Shown piece by piece: positions 52,157-61,483 of a stretch of DNA of 64,000 nucleotides; position 1 is the stretch's first letter; each line of letters begins with the position of its first letter. Source of the DNA: an uncultured virus (IMG/VR IMGVR_UViG_3300034062_000507) (taxonomy: Duplodnaviria > Heunggongvirae > Uroviricota > Caudoviricetes). The notes below the pieces were generated by a model. That model worked only from the letters and a program-made list of their open reading frames with translations. It was not told the origin of the DNA and made no database searches. Made by a program: the position numbers and the translations under genes. The stretch lies in IMG/VR virus record IMGVR_UViG_3300034062_000507. One strand, written 5' to 3'.

Positions 52157-52221
52157 GGCAGACGTTAACCGGATACGATGGTCTGCCAGCACCGCCTTTT
52201 CCCGCAGGTACGGTCCGGTTA
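52157..52221 (-). ncRNA. Candidate pseudoknotted 5' leader RNA of the lipoprotein gene
   Basis: P1 UAACCGGA/UCCGGUUA, inner hairpin GUACC-GC/GCGGUGC, pseudoknot GGCAGAC/GUCUGCC. Confidence 0.55.
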
Positions 52222-52230
52222 TTAGGGCGC

Positions 52231-52545
52231 TCATGTGGGCTGCACCCACAGACAGGAAAACTCGTCGAGCACCCAGCCATCACCTTTGGGTTTGGGTGGG
52301 ATAAACGCATCACGGGCAGCATCGTACGTAAAACCAATACCAGCGTAGTTTTTGCGAAGCGCTTTTGACTGGTCTGGGTCGGGTGTGCCTGTGTTGGGGG
52401 TGTAATAGACCCCGCCATGTGTGTTGTAGCTGGTCTGAACCCACGACTGAACAGGACCCCAAAGCCCCGTATCCAAAGTCGCTTGGTCAATCACCGCCAC
52501 TTGCGTGACAAGTCCGTCTTGGTCGATTTGCGCAAAATGTGCCAT
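52231..52545 (-). CDS. Tail-fibre-associated small protein
   Basis: MAHFAQI...WVQTSYN...RKNYAGIG..YD..RDAFIPPKP pattern; follows a Gly-rich fibre gene. Confidence 0.7.
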   Translation of the reverse strand: MAHFAQIDQDGLVTQVAVIDQATLDTGLWGPVQSWVQTSYNTHGGVYYTPNTGTPDPDQSKALRKNYAGIGFTYDAARDAFIPPKPKGDGWVLDEFSCLWVQPT

Positions 52546-52551
52546 GTTGCC

Positions 52552-53415
52552 TCAAGAAACAGTGAACGTGCCTGAAGAAGTGAACGTGTGGTAGTAGTAC
52601 CCGCCAGCCGTAGTGACGGTCCCTCCAGATGCTTTTTGCACTGCGCTCAGGTATCGAATAATGGCAATACCCGAACCGCCTTGGCCAGTAAAGGTGCCTG
52701 TAAATTCCGAGTTACCGCCACCCCCGCCGCCTGTGTTTATCGTACCGTTTGTCTGGGTATCTGCAAGCCCCACGCCTTTTGACCTACCGCCGTTACCGCC
52801 GCCGCCTGTACCGCCTACACCGATTTGAGGCGTATAAGAGCTTCCGGTTGCTGCATTTGCGCCACCACCGCCACCGCCACCGTACGTAGTGCCGTTGAGC
52901 CAAGCAAGGCCGTTAGCGCCATTTCCGCCGTTGACGTTTAACCCCGAGACATTACCCACTGCACCTACGGCACTTTTACCGCCACCACCACCACCGCCGT
53001 TGTGGTCTGAGCCGCCAGCAATGTACGCATTACCGCCGTTGTTACCTTGGCCTACCGTCCCCACTACGCCCGTTGGGTCGCTAAATGAACCGCCAGCTCC
53101 CGAACCGCCCGTATTAAAACTACCCCCACCATTTACGTTAAGGTTTATAGTTTTTCCAATTAACTGACCTTGACCCCCGTTAAAACCGTACTGTCCCCCA
53201 GCGCCAATAGTAATAGTGTTGGACCCAACTAAGGTAACTGTGCTTGCTACGTATCCACCTGCGCCGCCCCCACCACCGGCACCCGGCGTACCGAAAACAA
53301 ACCTGCCACCGGAACCACCTGCCACAAGCAGGTACTCGACATCCAGCAGGCGACCGCCTGACAAAAAGCCAAAGCCGCGAGAAGACGCAGAGCCAAACGT
53401 GGAAACTAAAGGCAT
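52552..53415 (-). CDS. Glycine-rich receptor-binding / fibre tip protein
   Basis: VEYLLVAGG...GGGGGG repeats...GGSGIAIIRY. Confidence 0.75.
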   Translation of the reverse strand: MPLVSTFGSASSRGFGFLSGGRLLDVEYLLVAGGSGGRFVFGTPGAGGGGGAGGYVASTVTLVGSNTITIGAGGQYGFNGGQGQLIGKTINLNVNGGGSFNTGGSGAGGSFSDPTGVVGTVGQGNNGGNAYIAGGSDHNGGGGGGGKSAVGAVGNVSGLNVNGGNGANGLAWLNGTTYGGGGGGGANAATGSSYTPQIGVGGTGGGGNGGRSKGVGLADTQTNGTINTGGGGGGNSEFTGTFTGQGGSGIAIIRYLSAVQKASGGTVTTAGGYYYHTFTSSGTFTVS

Positions 53416-53423
53416 GTCGGCTC

Positions 53424-54239
53424 CTACTTAAACTGCGTCAAGGAGGCCAGAACCGTGAAGGTGGCCGATGCGGTCTTGATGACTGTGTACGAGTACGTAT
53501 CCACGCTGGACACGTTGCCAGAAGATGGGGCCGATCCACCTTGCCATTTTGGCGTTACAGCAGAACCGTCCACTTGCACAGCGCTGTTGTAGTACGCTGT
53601 CGCGCCCTGCGTCACCAAGAACGCAATCGTTAGGGATTCCCCCACGTTCAACGTAGAGTCCAGCGTTGCCGAGCTTGAGGCCCGGATGTTCACCGTCCAG
53701 TTTGCCGACGCATTGGAGGTGTAGTACAGCACTGACTGGGTGGCTGCGTCATAGTTCACCGTGCCAGTTGCAACCGTGGCGGAGACGGTGACAATCTCTT
53801 TGGTGTTGTTCACTGTGGCCGAAGGCAACCACGTAAGCTGCGGAGCTGTATCTGTTCCGTTGTTGTACACCGTTACGCGTCTGCCAGCAGGAACTGCCAC
53901 GCCGGTCTGGCCTGAGACCTTCACGGTGACTGTGAAGCTGGAGCCGTTGATGACGATATAGGGCTTCTGGATGGCCGGGACGTTGATCGTGCCCGCAGCG
54001 GATACCGCGCCAGCAGCAATGTTCAAGCACAAAGCCCGAGCGTCCTGTGCAGCCGTGGTGTTGGCCAGCGTCAAAGTGCAGACGTTGGTGGAGAAGTCAC
54101 CGGAGTCCAGTGTGGCCATACCCACAATGGCTTGCTCGATGGCCGTGCCGATGTTGGAGTTGGTTGTGGTTCCCCAAGTGCCCGACTGCTCACCGTTGCC
54201 GATCAGCTCAAATTTGAGGTTGGAAAAGGTGCTTGACAT
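53424..54239 (-). CDS. Tail fibre / adaptor protein
   Basis: GEQSGTWGTTTN N-terminal anchor motif; C-terminal KWQGGSAP domain. Confidence 0.7.
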   Translation of the reverse strand: MSSTFSNLKFELIGNGEQSGTWGTTTNSNIGTAIEQAIVGMATLDSGDFSTNVCTLTLANTTAAQDARALCLNIAAGAVSAAGTINVPAIQKPYIVINGSSFTVTVKVSGQTGVAVPAGRRVTVYNNGTDTAPQLTWLPSATVNNTKEIVTVSATVATGTVNYDAATQSVLYYTSNASANWTVNIRASSSATLDSTLNVGESLTIAFLVTQGATAYYNSAVQVDGSAVTPKWQGGSAPSSGNVSSVDTYSYTVIKTASATFTVLASLTQFK

Positions 54240-54248
54240 GGGTAGTCC

Positions 54249-54647
54249 TTACGGGCGTTCTTCAGGTTGGATGGGTGCGGTGATTATCGCAGTGGGGTCG
54301 ATGTTGTGTCCAGCGCTCTGCACCATTTGTAAGCCCGTCAGCACTTGTGGATCGTCAAGGTTGATGTAGGAACGAACGCTGGCATCTTTGATGAGCGCCT
54401 GAACCGATGCGTTGGCATCAGCAAGGATGGGCCACTTCTGGTCGCCAAAGCGGTCAAAGAAAGAACCGACTGTGATGTGGCGAACTTCTGGTTCAGGCGC
54501 AGGAGAGTTAAACGTGCTGCCATCATAAGTCCAGCCGGGGCCAGCATTGCCGCAAGCAATCCAGTTGCCGTTGATACCGTCTGGGTCTGTCTCGGATTCG
54601 ATGACATTGACAATCGTGTTGCCTGAAAGTTGTGCGTATCGTTCCAT
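54249..54647 (-). CDS. Tail-fibre-associated small protein
   Basis: RYAQL...IVNVI...AGPGWTYDGSTF pattern. Confidence 0.65.
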   Translation of the reverse strand: MERYAQLSGNTIVNVIESETDPDGINGNWIACGNAGPGWTYDGSTFNSPAPEPEVRHITVGSFFDRFGDQKWPILADANASVQALIKDASVRSYINLDDPQVLTGLQMVQSAGHNIDPTAIITAPIQPEERP

Positions 54648-54649
54648 GT

Positions 54650-55405
54650 TTATGCTCCAAAGTCCCAGATTTCAATGTAGCCACTCCCGCCGTTGCCGCC
54701 GTTGCCTGACGTACCAAATGAAGCACCGCCTCCTCCGCCCCCGGAACCGTACCCAGCACCCGCTGCACCAGAACCTCCAGTGCTTCCTGCGCCCCCGTTG
54801 CCTCCTGCACCGCCCCTGCCAAAATACGAATCACCTCCACCTCCACCCCCGCCCGAAGATGAGTTAGGTGTGCCGCCTGAGGCAGTTCCAGTTTGACCGT
54901 CTGTCGGAGCAAAATTTAGTGCAGAACCAATAAATCCGCTTGATGCGGCGCCTCCCCCGCGTGCGCCTCCTCCCCCAGCATAACCAAGGCCGCCAGCGAA
55001 ATTAGGAGATGTGGTTAAGCCGATATAGGCCCCAATGCCCCCAGCAAAAACAGCGCCACCATTGCCTGCAAGTGCTGTGATTGTCGCAAACACTGTTTTT
55101 GAGCCAGCCGTACCTGCTGTATTTGAAGTAGTAGACCCCACTCCAGCGGCTCCAACTGAATAAGGAACGCCTGCTATGGGAATGCGTAATTCAGCCGTCG
55201 CCATCCCGCCAGCACCGCCTCCTCCCGCTCCCGCGTCTTGGGCGTTACTACAGCGTCCACCGCCACCACCAGCACCTTGAACAAACACAACACATCTAGC
55301 GTTATTTACAGAGGGCGTAAATGTACCCGTACCCGATGTGTAAGTTGTCACCGTAGGGGCACTGCCACCACCAGAAAAAGGCGAAAAAGAACTTAAAAGA
55401 CTCAT
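54650..55405 (-). CDS. Glycine-rich receptor-binding / fibre tip protein
   Basis: TSGTGTFTP...GAGGGG...GGSGYIEIW. Confidence 0.75.
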   Translation of the reverse strand: MSLLSSFSPFSGGGSAPTVTTYTSGTGTFTPSVNNARCVVFVQGAGGGGGRCSNAQDAGAGGGGAGGMATAELRIPIAGVPYSVGAAGVGSTTSNTAGTAGSKTVFATITALAGNGGAVFAGGIGAYIGLTTSPNFAGGLGYAGGGGARGGGAASSGFIGSALNFAPTDGQTGTASGGTPNSSSGGGGGGGDSYFGRGGAGGNGGAGSTGGSGAAGAGYGSGGGGGGASFGTSGNGGNGGSGYIEIWDFGA

Positions 55406-55416
55406 GTGTTTTCTCC

Positions 55417-55788
55417 TTAAAGATTGATGACCCAGCCGCGAGTTGCGTCTGCGTAGACTAAAGTAAAGCTGGCTCCAGCCGCCTTGTCCACTGTCATGTC
55501 TTCAGCCAAAGACATGATGTTGCTGCTGTTGCGCCCAATAACTGCTGTTGTTGTGCCAGAGGAGTTCACAATACTCACCGTGTCGCCAGCAGCGGGAGAC
55601 GATGGCAGCGTAAGCGTCAATGTGGCTGTGAACACATAGGTGCGCGACCGGACAGCCGTTGTGTTGCCGCTGATGACCTGAATGTTCTGCGTAATGACAG
55701 GGCTTGTCAGGGTTTTGTTCGTCACCGTCTGCGTGTTGGTCGCAGTCAGGACGTTGGATGGGGTGATGATGTTTGAGAGTATTGCCAT
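55417..55788 (-). CDS. Short fibre / adaptor protein
   Basis: QTVTNKTL motif and LTLPSSPAAGD domain. Confidence 0.65.
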   Translation of the reverse strand: MAILSNIITPSNVLTATNTQTVTNKTLTSPVITQNIQVISGNTTAVRSRTYVFTATLTLTLPSSPAAGDTVSIVNSSGTTTAVIGRNSSNIMSLAEDMTVDKAAGASFTLVYADATRGWVINL

Positions 55789-55791
55789 GTG

Positions 55792-56031
55792 TTACTCCGT
55801 GCCTTGCAAGATGGTTAGTAACGCGTTTGGGTCTTCGGCGCTATCAATGCTGGACTGAAGTGCCGCATACTTGTCACGGACCGCTTGACGCTGCGCCTCC
55901 ACGGCCTGCACATCTGTGCCGGGAATTTGCTTCATGATGACCTCATCAAGCGGCGCAAATTCCTCTGCGCGTCTTTGCCTGCGAAGATCATGACTGATTG
56001 TTTTTGCTTTGTTTAGGTTGACTGTGATCAT
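55792..56031 (-). CDS. Tail fibre assembly chaperone-like protein
   Basis: RRQRRAEEFAPLD...QRQAVRD helical pattern. Confidence 0.6.
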   Translation of the reverse strand: MITVNLNKAKTISHDLRRQRRAEEFAPLDEVIMKQIPGTDVQAVEAQRQAVRDKYAALQSSIDSAEDPNALLTILQGTE

Positions 56032-56032
56032 G

Positions 56033-56239
56033 TCATGTCTTCAAAGGTGCGTTTGTAAAATCAGCTTGCCAAGCATTGCGAAATGTCCGTTCTGCTGGGA
56101 TGTCGTCTACGTGTGCTATCAAATACGGCTTGCCAACAGGTACTGATTTCAAGGCCTCCGATTGTTCAATACCGGGAGCAGGAACAATTACAGAAACGCC
56201 GTCGGCGTCATTTGGGTAAATTATTCTGTAGTTTGACAT
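56033..56239 (-). CDS. Tail-fibre-associated small protein
   Basis: IIY...GVSVIVP...VPVGKPYLI...IP..RTFRNAW. Confidence 0.6.
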   Translation of the reverse strand: MSNYRIIYPNDADGVSVIVPAPGIEQSEALKSVPVGKPYLIAHVDDIPAERTFRNAWQADFTNAPLKT

Positions 56240-56248
56240 TGAGTCTCC

Positions 56249-57172
56249 TTATCTAAACAATGCAACTGCCACATAGTTAACGTCTGCTAGAGTGCTTGGA
56301 ATGCTGTAGGTGTTTATAAACGCAGTGCCTGCGGCCTGAGTTCCCGCAGAGCAATAAGACCCCGCAACTCCAAAATTTCGAGCCGCTCCCACAGCGCAAC
56401 CATTACCGTCTACCATAGGGTTAGTAAGGTTTACTGTGTAATTGCCAACACCAACGTCAGTGATGGTGCTCACGTTAAATGATGCCCTAATGGCGACTGT
56501 ACCCGTTCCGTTAAAGTTGACCCAAGCACTAGCGCCACCACCGCTAACAGCAGACCATGCCGGGGCTACCCCTGCACCTTGGGACACAAGCGCCTGACCT
56601 AATGTGCCGTTTGTCCCGCCGAGCAGCAACAAAGGGTCTGTAAGGGTCTTGTTGGTCAGTGTTTGAACGCCATTCAGCGTGACTGCATCACCGCCATTTG
56701 CACCAATCTGTGCATAAACCTCCCAAGTCGAGCCGTCATACACAAACTGAACGCTAACCCCGGAAATGTCGCAAACAAGGTCTTGAGCCAAACCACCGAT
56801 GGTTGAACCATTACGGCCCACGGTAAGGTTGTTTGTGCCCCATGAATTGCCAGCATCAGCGACAACCACTTGATTGCCGACAGAAGGCGAAGCAGGCAGC
56901 GTCACGGTGAATGCGCCGCCCGAAGTGTCAGCCAAGATACCCTGATTGTCTGTGGCGGTTACTGGCGTTGTTGTGTAAATGTAGGTCAGGCCCCCGGCAG
57001 CACCAGCGGTCGAAGCCAACAGCTTCACGGTGCCAGCGGCGTTCTTAAAGTACAGCTTTTCGTCAGTCGTATTGATGGCAAGTTCGCCGTCAGCAAGATT
57101 GGTGTTAACTGGAACCGCAGCCGCCGTGGTCGTGCGGTAGAGTTGAATTGGTGTGAAGCCTGATGCAGCCAT
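56249..57172 (-). CDS. Tail fibre protein
   Basis: LADGELAINTTDEKLYF N-terminal anchor, TLPASPSVG domain, AWVNFNG C-terminal domain. Confidence 0.75.
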   Translation of the reverse strand: MAASGFTPIQLYRTTTAAAVPVNTNLADGELAINTTDEKLYFKNAAGTVKLLASTAGAAGGLTYIYTTTPVTATDNQGILADTSGGAFTVTLPASPSVGNQVVVADAGNSWGTNNLTVGRNGSTIGGLAQDLVCDISGVSVQFVYDGSTWEVYAQIGANGGDAVTLNGVQTLTNKTLTDPLLLLGGTNGTLGQALVSQGAGVAPAWSAVSGGGASAWVNFNGTGTVAIRASFNVSTITDVGVGNYTVNLTNPMVDGNGCAVGAARNFGVAGSYCSAGTQAAGTAFINTYSIPSTLADVNYVAVALFR

Positions 57173-58587
57173 TAGAAGGTTCCTCCGTTGATTCCAGTAT
57201 ATGCGGTTGCTGTGATTTTATAAGCCTGAGTGTTGCCGTAGACAATCAAGTCTTGTTGTACGTCCAAAGCCGCAACAGAAGTTGGGCCAGTCAGTTGGAT
57301 GTCAATGCTTGGTACTGTGTATTGGAATACGGCATCGTTGGCCGAACCAACCATATACATCTTTGTGCCGTCAGGCTTAACGTATAAACCTACGGGACTT
57401 GTATCTTGACCAGAAACACTGAACACGCCTACAAATGCTGATGTGCTGATGTCCCAAGGCGTTGTCAGGTTGTAGACGTTAATGTCATCACCTGTTGTAC
57501 CCAAAACAAACATCCGAGAACCGTCACCAGTAAATGATAAGTCAGAGGGCGTAAGTTCTTGACCTGACACTAAAAACGATTGCAAAAGCGTGGCTGTTGA
57601 CACATTCCAAGCAGTTGACAATGTGTACTGATAAATAGTGTCATTTGTTTGCCCAACAATGTACATTGACAGACCGTTGGGCTTAAAGAAAATTCCAGTA
57701 GGGGTTGTTTCTTGTCCTGCAAAAGAAAAAGAAATGCTGTCGTAAGACGCTGTTGCAACCGACCAAGGCGTGCTGAGTGTGTACTGAAACACAGAATCAT
57801 TTGCAGCGCCAGCAACATACATTTTTGTGCCATCGGCACGGAAATACAAACCTTGCGGGGTTGTATCTTGCGATGAAACAGAAAAAACAGTGGAATACAC
57901 CGCAGATGAAACAACCCATGCCGTAGACAAACGATATTCGTTTACATCATCTCCAGTAGTTCCAGATATGTACATCCGAAATCCGTCAGGGCTAAAAAAT
58001 ATACCGTGAGCTGTGAGCTCTTCACCTGCAACAGAGAAAGACACACTGTCGTAGCTTGCACCAATCACGTTGACGTTGCTCAGGATGGTGTTGCCCGCTG
58101 CGGTCAAGGTTGTAAACTTGCCGGTGTTTGCTGTTGTAGCGCCCACAGTACCGTTAATGTTGATGGACGCTGTGCCTGTCAGGTTTGTCACCACACCCGA
58201 TGCAGGTGTACCCAAGGCTGGCGTTACCAGTGTGGGGCTGTTTAAAGTCTTATTGGTCAACGTCTGAGCGTCGTTAAGCGTAACCGCCTGTTCCGCTGGG
58301 TAAGTACAAAAAACGTCTTTTGTCCCCGCAGAAAAATTTACCAGCGCCCCGCTGTTGCTTGAGGACAGTACCGTAGTACGGGACAACGTGGTGCCCGATA
58401 AGGTGTACGTGCCAATACCTACTTCCCAGTCTCCCGTTGCCGCATCCACAATTGCGTAGTACGTGGTATTGCCATTCCCAATGACAACAAATGACTGAAA
58501 GCCTGCCGCCGCACCCCCGAGGGTTACTGTGCCCGTGCCAGTTGTGGTAGTGGTTTCTTTGACGCGATCTTTGAGGACTAAAGCCAT
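57172..58587 (-). CDS. Tail fibre / spike with beta-propeller repeats
   Basis: MALVLKDRVKETT N-terminus; about five ~49-aa repeats of P.G..F..DG..MY..G...D...QY.LST.W. Confidence 0.75.
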   Translation of the reverse strand: MALVLKDRVKETTTTTGTGTVTLGGAAAGFQSFVVIGNGNTTYYAIVDAATGDWEVGIGTYTLSGTTLSRTTVLSSSNSGALVNFSAGTKDVFCTYPAEQAVTLNDAQTLTNKTLNSPTLVTPALGTPASGVVTNLTGTASININGTVGATTANTGKFTTLTAAGNTILSNVNVIGASYDSVSFSVAGEELTAHGIFFSPDGFRMYISGTTGDDVNEYRLSTAWVVSSAVYSTVFSVSSQDTTPQGLYFRADGTKMYVAGAANDSVFQYTLSTPWSVATASYDSISFSFAGQETTPTGIFFKPNGLSMYIVGQTNDTIYQYTLSTAWNVSTATLLQSFLVSGQELTPSDLSFTGDGSRMFVLGTTGDDINVYNLTTPWDISTSAFVGVFSVSGQDTSPVGLYVKPDGTKMYMVGSANDAVFQYTVPSIDIQLTGPTSVAALDVQQDLIVYGNTQAYKITATAYTGINGGTF

Positions 58588-58596
58588 TTTGGTTCC

Positions 58597-59313
58597 TTAC
58601 GATGGCAGGTTGTTCCAGCCGGGGACTTGGCTGTCGTTGATGACGACCCAGCCGCTGCCTTGCGCATTCACGATATTTTGCCAGTTTGGGTTCTGATTGT
58701 CGTCAATTACCCCCCACACCAGCACCCCGCCGATGCTGATTGTGAGCTGCACCCCTGTTAGATACACGTTGGCGATTTTGAGGACACCCAATATATCTAG
58801 GGCACTGACCACCTCTGCAATTGACGCATTCACGCTGATCTGCGCTACTTGGATTGCTGTGCCGGTGGCGCTCTCTGCAATCGCCGCAAAAATCAACAAC
58901 CCCCCCGCAGCGCTGTCAGTGCCAGTAGCCGCCTCTGCTTGCGCAACAAAAAATGTAGCGCCTGCGGCCTGCGCTGCGGCGGCAAAAACAGATTCAACTT
59001 GAGCGGCCAACAAAGTGCCAATGGCTGTCTGGGCGTCAGTGGCTCCAGCCTGCTCCAAAACATTTGCCAACATGACGGCAATGGCCGATTGCACGCTTGT
59101 TGCCGTTGCGGATTCCGATTGATTGGCAACCGCGATCTTTGTCGCCGTCTGTGCGGCTTGGCCCGTTACGGCTTCATCAATTCGTGCGCCGCGTAATAAA
59201 CTTAAAACATCCACCAACGAAGTTGCAGTGGCCGTCTCATCCTGTGCGACGGCGAACGTGTTCCCGCCTAGCGCGGCGAAGGGTGTTTGGGCAAAAGTGA
59301 CATCACCAAACAC
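58597..59313 (-). CDS. Virion structural protein with Ala-rich repeats
   Basis: MFG..FAQTPFA N-terminus; periodic E.A repeats; Trp repeats at the C-terminus. Confidence 0.65.
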   Translation of the reverse strand: MFGDVTFAQTPFAALGGNTFAVAQDETATATSLVDVLSLLRGARIDEAVTGQAAQTATKIAVANQSESATATSVQSAIAVMLANVLEQAGATDAQTAIGTLLAAQVESVFAAAAQAAGATFFVAQAEAATGTDSAAGGLLIFAAIAESATGTAIQVAQISVNASIAEVVSALDILGVLKIANVYLTGVQLTISIGGVLVWGVIDDNQNPNWQNIVNAQGSGWVVINDSQVPGWNNLPS

Positions 59314-59324
59314 CGCACGTCCCG

Positions 59325-59903
59325 TTAGGCTGCGTCGAGCGAGAAGGAGTACGTGACGTTCAGTGTGTCGCCACTGTCCACGGTCTTGTCGCCGCCAGTA
59401 AAGTCGCCTGCCGAGAACAAGATGCCGGATGTGCCCGTTGCCACGCTGGAGAGCAGAGCACCAGCAACCACCGTACCGTTTACCAGCATGGCAAACGAAG
59501 CAGGAGAGGCGCTGTTGGAGATCACTGATGGATCAGCCGTGGTGGCTGTACCAAATGTCACTGCTTTGCGGTTACCTGTGTAGGCTGTGCCGGGGACCAA
59601 CTCTGTCCAGCCTGCGTGTGAGGCCAGTGTGTCAGCGGCGGCAAATGTTGTACCGGAGCCGGGGCCTTGCACCAAACCCAAGTACCAAGTAGCAGTGTAT
59701 GCGGAACCACTGAAGTACTTGCTGTTCATGTCTTGCAGACCTTGATTGACCACAAGGTTATGGAAGGTGTCAGACCACTTCTCTTGGCCATCTGCGCCCA
59801 CGCAAGTGACGGTGAATACGCCGCCAGCGCCCATGCGCTCGCTGCCGCTGCGCTGGGTAATCAGGCCTGCGGTAACGCTGTCTACGGCTTTGCTGTGTTC
59901 CAT
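59325..59903 (-). CDS. Virion structural protein
   Basis: 192 aa, NLVVNQG...V.SGDTLNVTY pattern. Confidence 0.65.
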   Translation of the reverse strand: MEHSKAVDSVTAGLITQRSGSERMGAGGVFTVTCVGADGQEKWSDTFHNLVVNQGLQDMNSKYFSGSAYTATWYLGLVQGPGSGTTFAAADTLASHAGWTELVPGTAYTGNRKAVTFGTATTADPSVISNSASPASFAMLVNGTVVAGALLSSVATGTSGILFSAGDFTGGDKTVDSGDTLNVTYSFSLDAA

Positions 59904-59912
59904 GATGTGTCC

Positions 59913-60359
59913 TTACGAGATGCGCACGATGGCGCTGTTGGCATCGGCAGTTGGGAAGATGATTTGAAAAGTGTCGTTGCTCACGGTCTTGTCCGCGCCA
60001 AAATCCAACACAGCCACAGACTTGTTGCCTTCTGTGCTGTTGTAGATCAATGCACCGCGAGCCGTGAAAGTTGAACTTGTCCAAGATGTATTGGCAAAGC
60101 TTATGTACGCAGTGGGCACGGAGCTAGAGTTGTTCGACGCTATCGGGCTGGTCGTAATGACCAGTGTGTTACCACCAGCCGTGTATCCAGCGCCAACAAC
60201 TTCGTTCGATGTGGTGTACACCGTTGTGGTGGGGCCAATATTAGAAGCGGCTGTGTACAGGGCCACTTTAAATGTGTCCGCAGACGTTGGCCCAAAGTTG
60301 TGGACCCCCTGAAGGAGCTCAACTTTAAACGACGTAGTTGCTGTTTGTTGTAGTGCCAT
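59913..60359 (-). CDS. Virion structural protein
   Basis: SFKVELL.G.H...FKVALYT...GYTAGG...ARGALIYN...VLDFG pattern. Confidence 0.7.
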   Translation of the reverse strand: MALQQTATTSFKVELLQGVHNFGPTSADTFKVALYTAASNIGPTTTVYTTSNEVVGAGYTAGGNTLVITTSPIASNNSSSVPTAYISFANTSWTSSTFTARGALIYNSTEGNKSVAVLDFGADKTVSNDTFQIIFPTADANSAIVRIS

Positions 60360-60360
60360 A

Positions 60361-61017
60361 TCAAGTTACCGCTTGTCTGTATTGACCAGAACGATAAGCG
60401 TCCTGACGTTCGAGGCCATCACCAAGGCGTTTGGCTAGTGCAAGGGCTTCTTGGTACTTGCCGTTATACAACGCCATCATGTCCTGCTCACCCTTCATGT
60501 AGGTGTAGGCCTCAACCAACGAACCGTAAAGCAATACGCTATCAAAATTGTCGCCCAGCCATGTTGTACTTGCGGTCACAATAGACTCGGGATAATAGAA
60601 ATAGTGCAGCTCAGCCACGTAAGTGGCATCCGGCGTTGGGCCTAAGATGAAGGTCAGCTCGTTTGCGTCGTTGGACTGCGAACCAAACAGGGCGTAGTAT
60701 TTGGGTATCGCCTTGTCGTTGGGGTTTGGATACGCCTGTCGGATGAAGTTCACATCCTTGTTTAACAAGTACTCGTAGTTCCCCAAAGCATCTACCAACG
60801 CCAGCGAATACACAGACAAAAAGTCCGAGGGGCAAGCCAAGTACTTGTTGTTGTTTGTGGTGGAACCCGTTACGTTCTTACGCAGTGAAGGGAACTGAAT
60901 GGTGTTGTATATACGCTGCTCAGCCTGTTGAACGAACACAGGTATCTCTGCAATAAAAGTTGCGTCCGTATTTTCTGTGTACGCTTGAATAGCGTCGCTG
61001 AGAGCAGCGTAATTCAT
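60361..61017 (-). CDS. Putative head-tail adaptor protein
   Basis: 218 aa, FVQQAEQRI...PKYYA...PTPD...LLYGSLVEA pattern. Confidence 0.65.
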   Translation of the reverse strand: MNYAALSDAIQAYTENTDATFIAEIPVFVQQAEQRIYNTIQFPSLRKNVTGSTTNNNKYLACPSDFLSVYSLALVDALGNYEYLLNKDVNFIRQAYPNPNDKAIPKYYALFGSQSNDANELTFILGPTPDATYVAELHYFYYPESIVTASTTWLGDNFDSVLLYGSLVEAYTYMKGEQDMMALYNGKYQEALALAKRLGDGLERQDAYRSGQYRQAVT

Positions 61018-61277
61018 GCCATTGGGCCCCGAGCCATCACGCCTTTAGTGGCGCAACCAGTACCGCGAATTTTGATGCCAGTTGTTTTTACGTCGGGGTT
61101 ATAGCCATCACGGTTAATGTTTCCGACAGACATCTTTACATCATCCGCGCGGGTAGGTTTAGCGCCGCTGTAGCCGTTACCAAGCTCAACTTTTCCGGCA
61201 GTCATGGTATGCGGTGGCGCATAGACTTCGGCAGCGCCGACTTCTTTACCCATCATCTTTTTGCTGAAGGTAGCCAT
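61014..61277 (-). CDS. Small Gly/Lys-rich protein
   Basis: 87 aa, AGGAGG RBS; ends RGTGCATKG..ARGPMA. Confidence 0.65.
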   Translation of the reverse strand: MATFSKKMMGKEVGAAEVYAPPHTMTAGKVELGNGYSGAKPTRADDVKMSVGNINRDGYNPDVKTTGIKIRGTGCATKGVMARGPMA

Positions 61278-61278
61278 A

Positions 61279-61482
61279 TTAAGCCTCCTTTTTGTAAGTG
61301 AACGAAGACTTTTTCTGGTTGGCAACCTTGGCCAAGCCACGACCCAGAGTTTTCATCTGAGAGTTAGTCTTACCGCCCTTAGCCAATTTCGTCATAGGCT
61401 GGCCTTTGTGCTTAGCCCTCTCGTGCGCATGCACTGCGCCTGCCGCTGTCTTCTTGTCTTGCGCCAAATCTTTCTTGTCCAT
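61279..61482 (-). CDS. Small Lys-rich protein
   Basis: 67 aa, AGGAG RBS, LAKGG motif. Confidence 0.65.
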   Translation of the reverse strand: MDKKDLAQDKKTAAGAVHAHERAKHKGQPMTKLAKGGKTNSQMKTLGRGLAKVANQKKSSFTYKKEA

Positions 61483-61483
61483 A

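Noticed and set aside
52157..52221. HDV-like ribozyme on the plus strand
   Set aside because: Helix order is similar, but there is no room for P3/L3, no catalytic C in J4/2, and G-U pairs favour the minus strand.
52231..58587. Diversity-generating retroelement targeting tail fibres
   Set aside because: No reverse transcriptase and no adenine-variant template/variable repeat pair seen.
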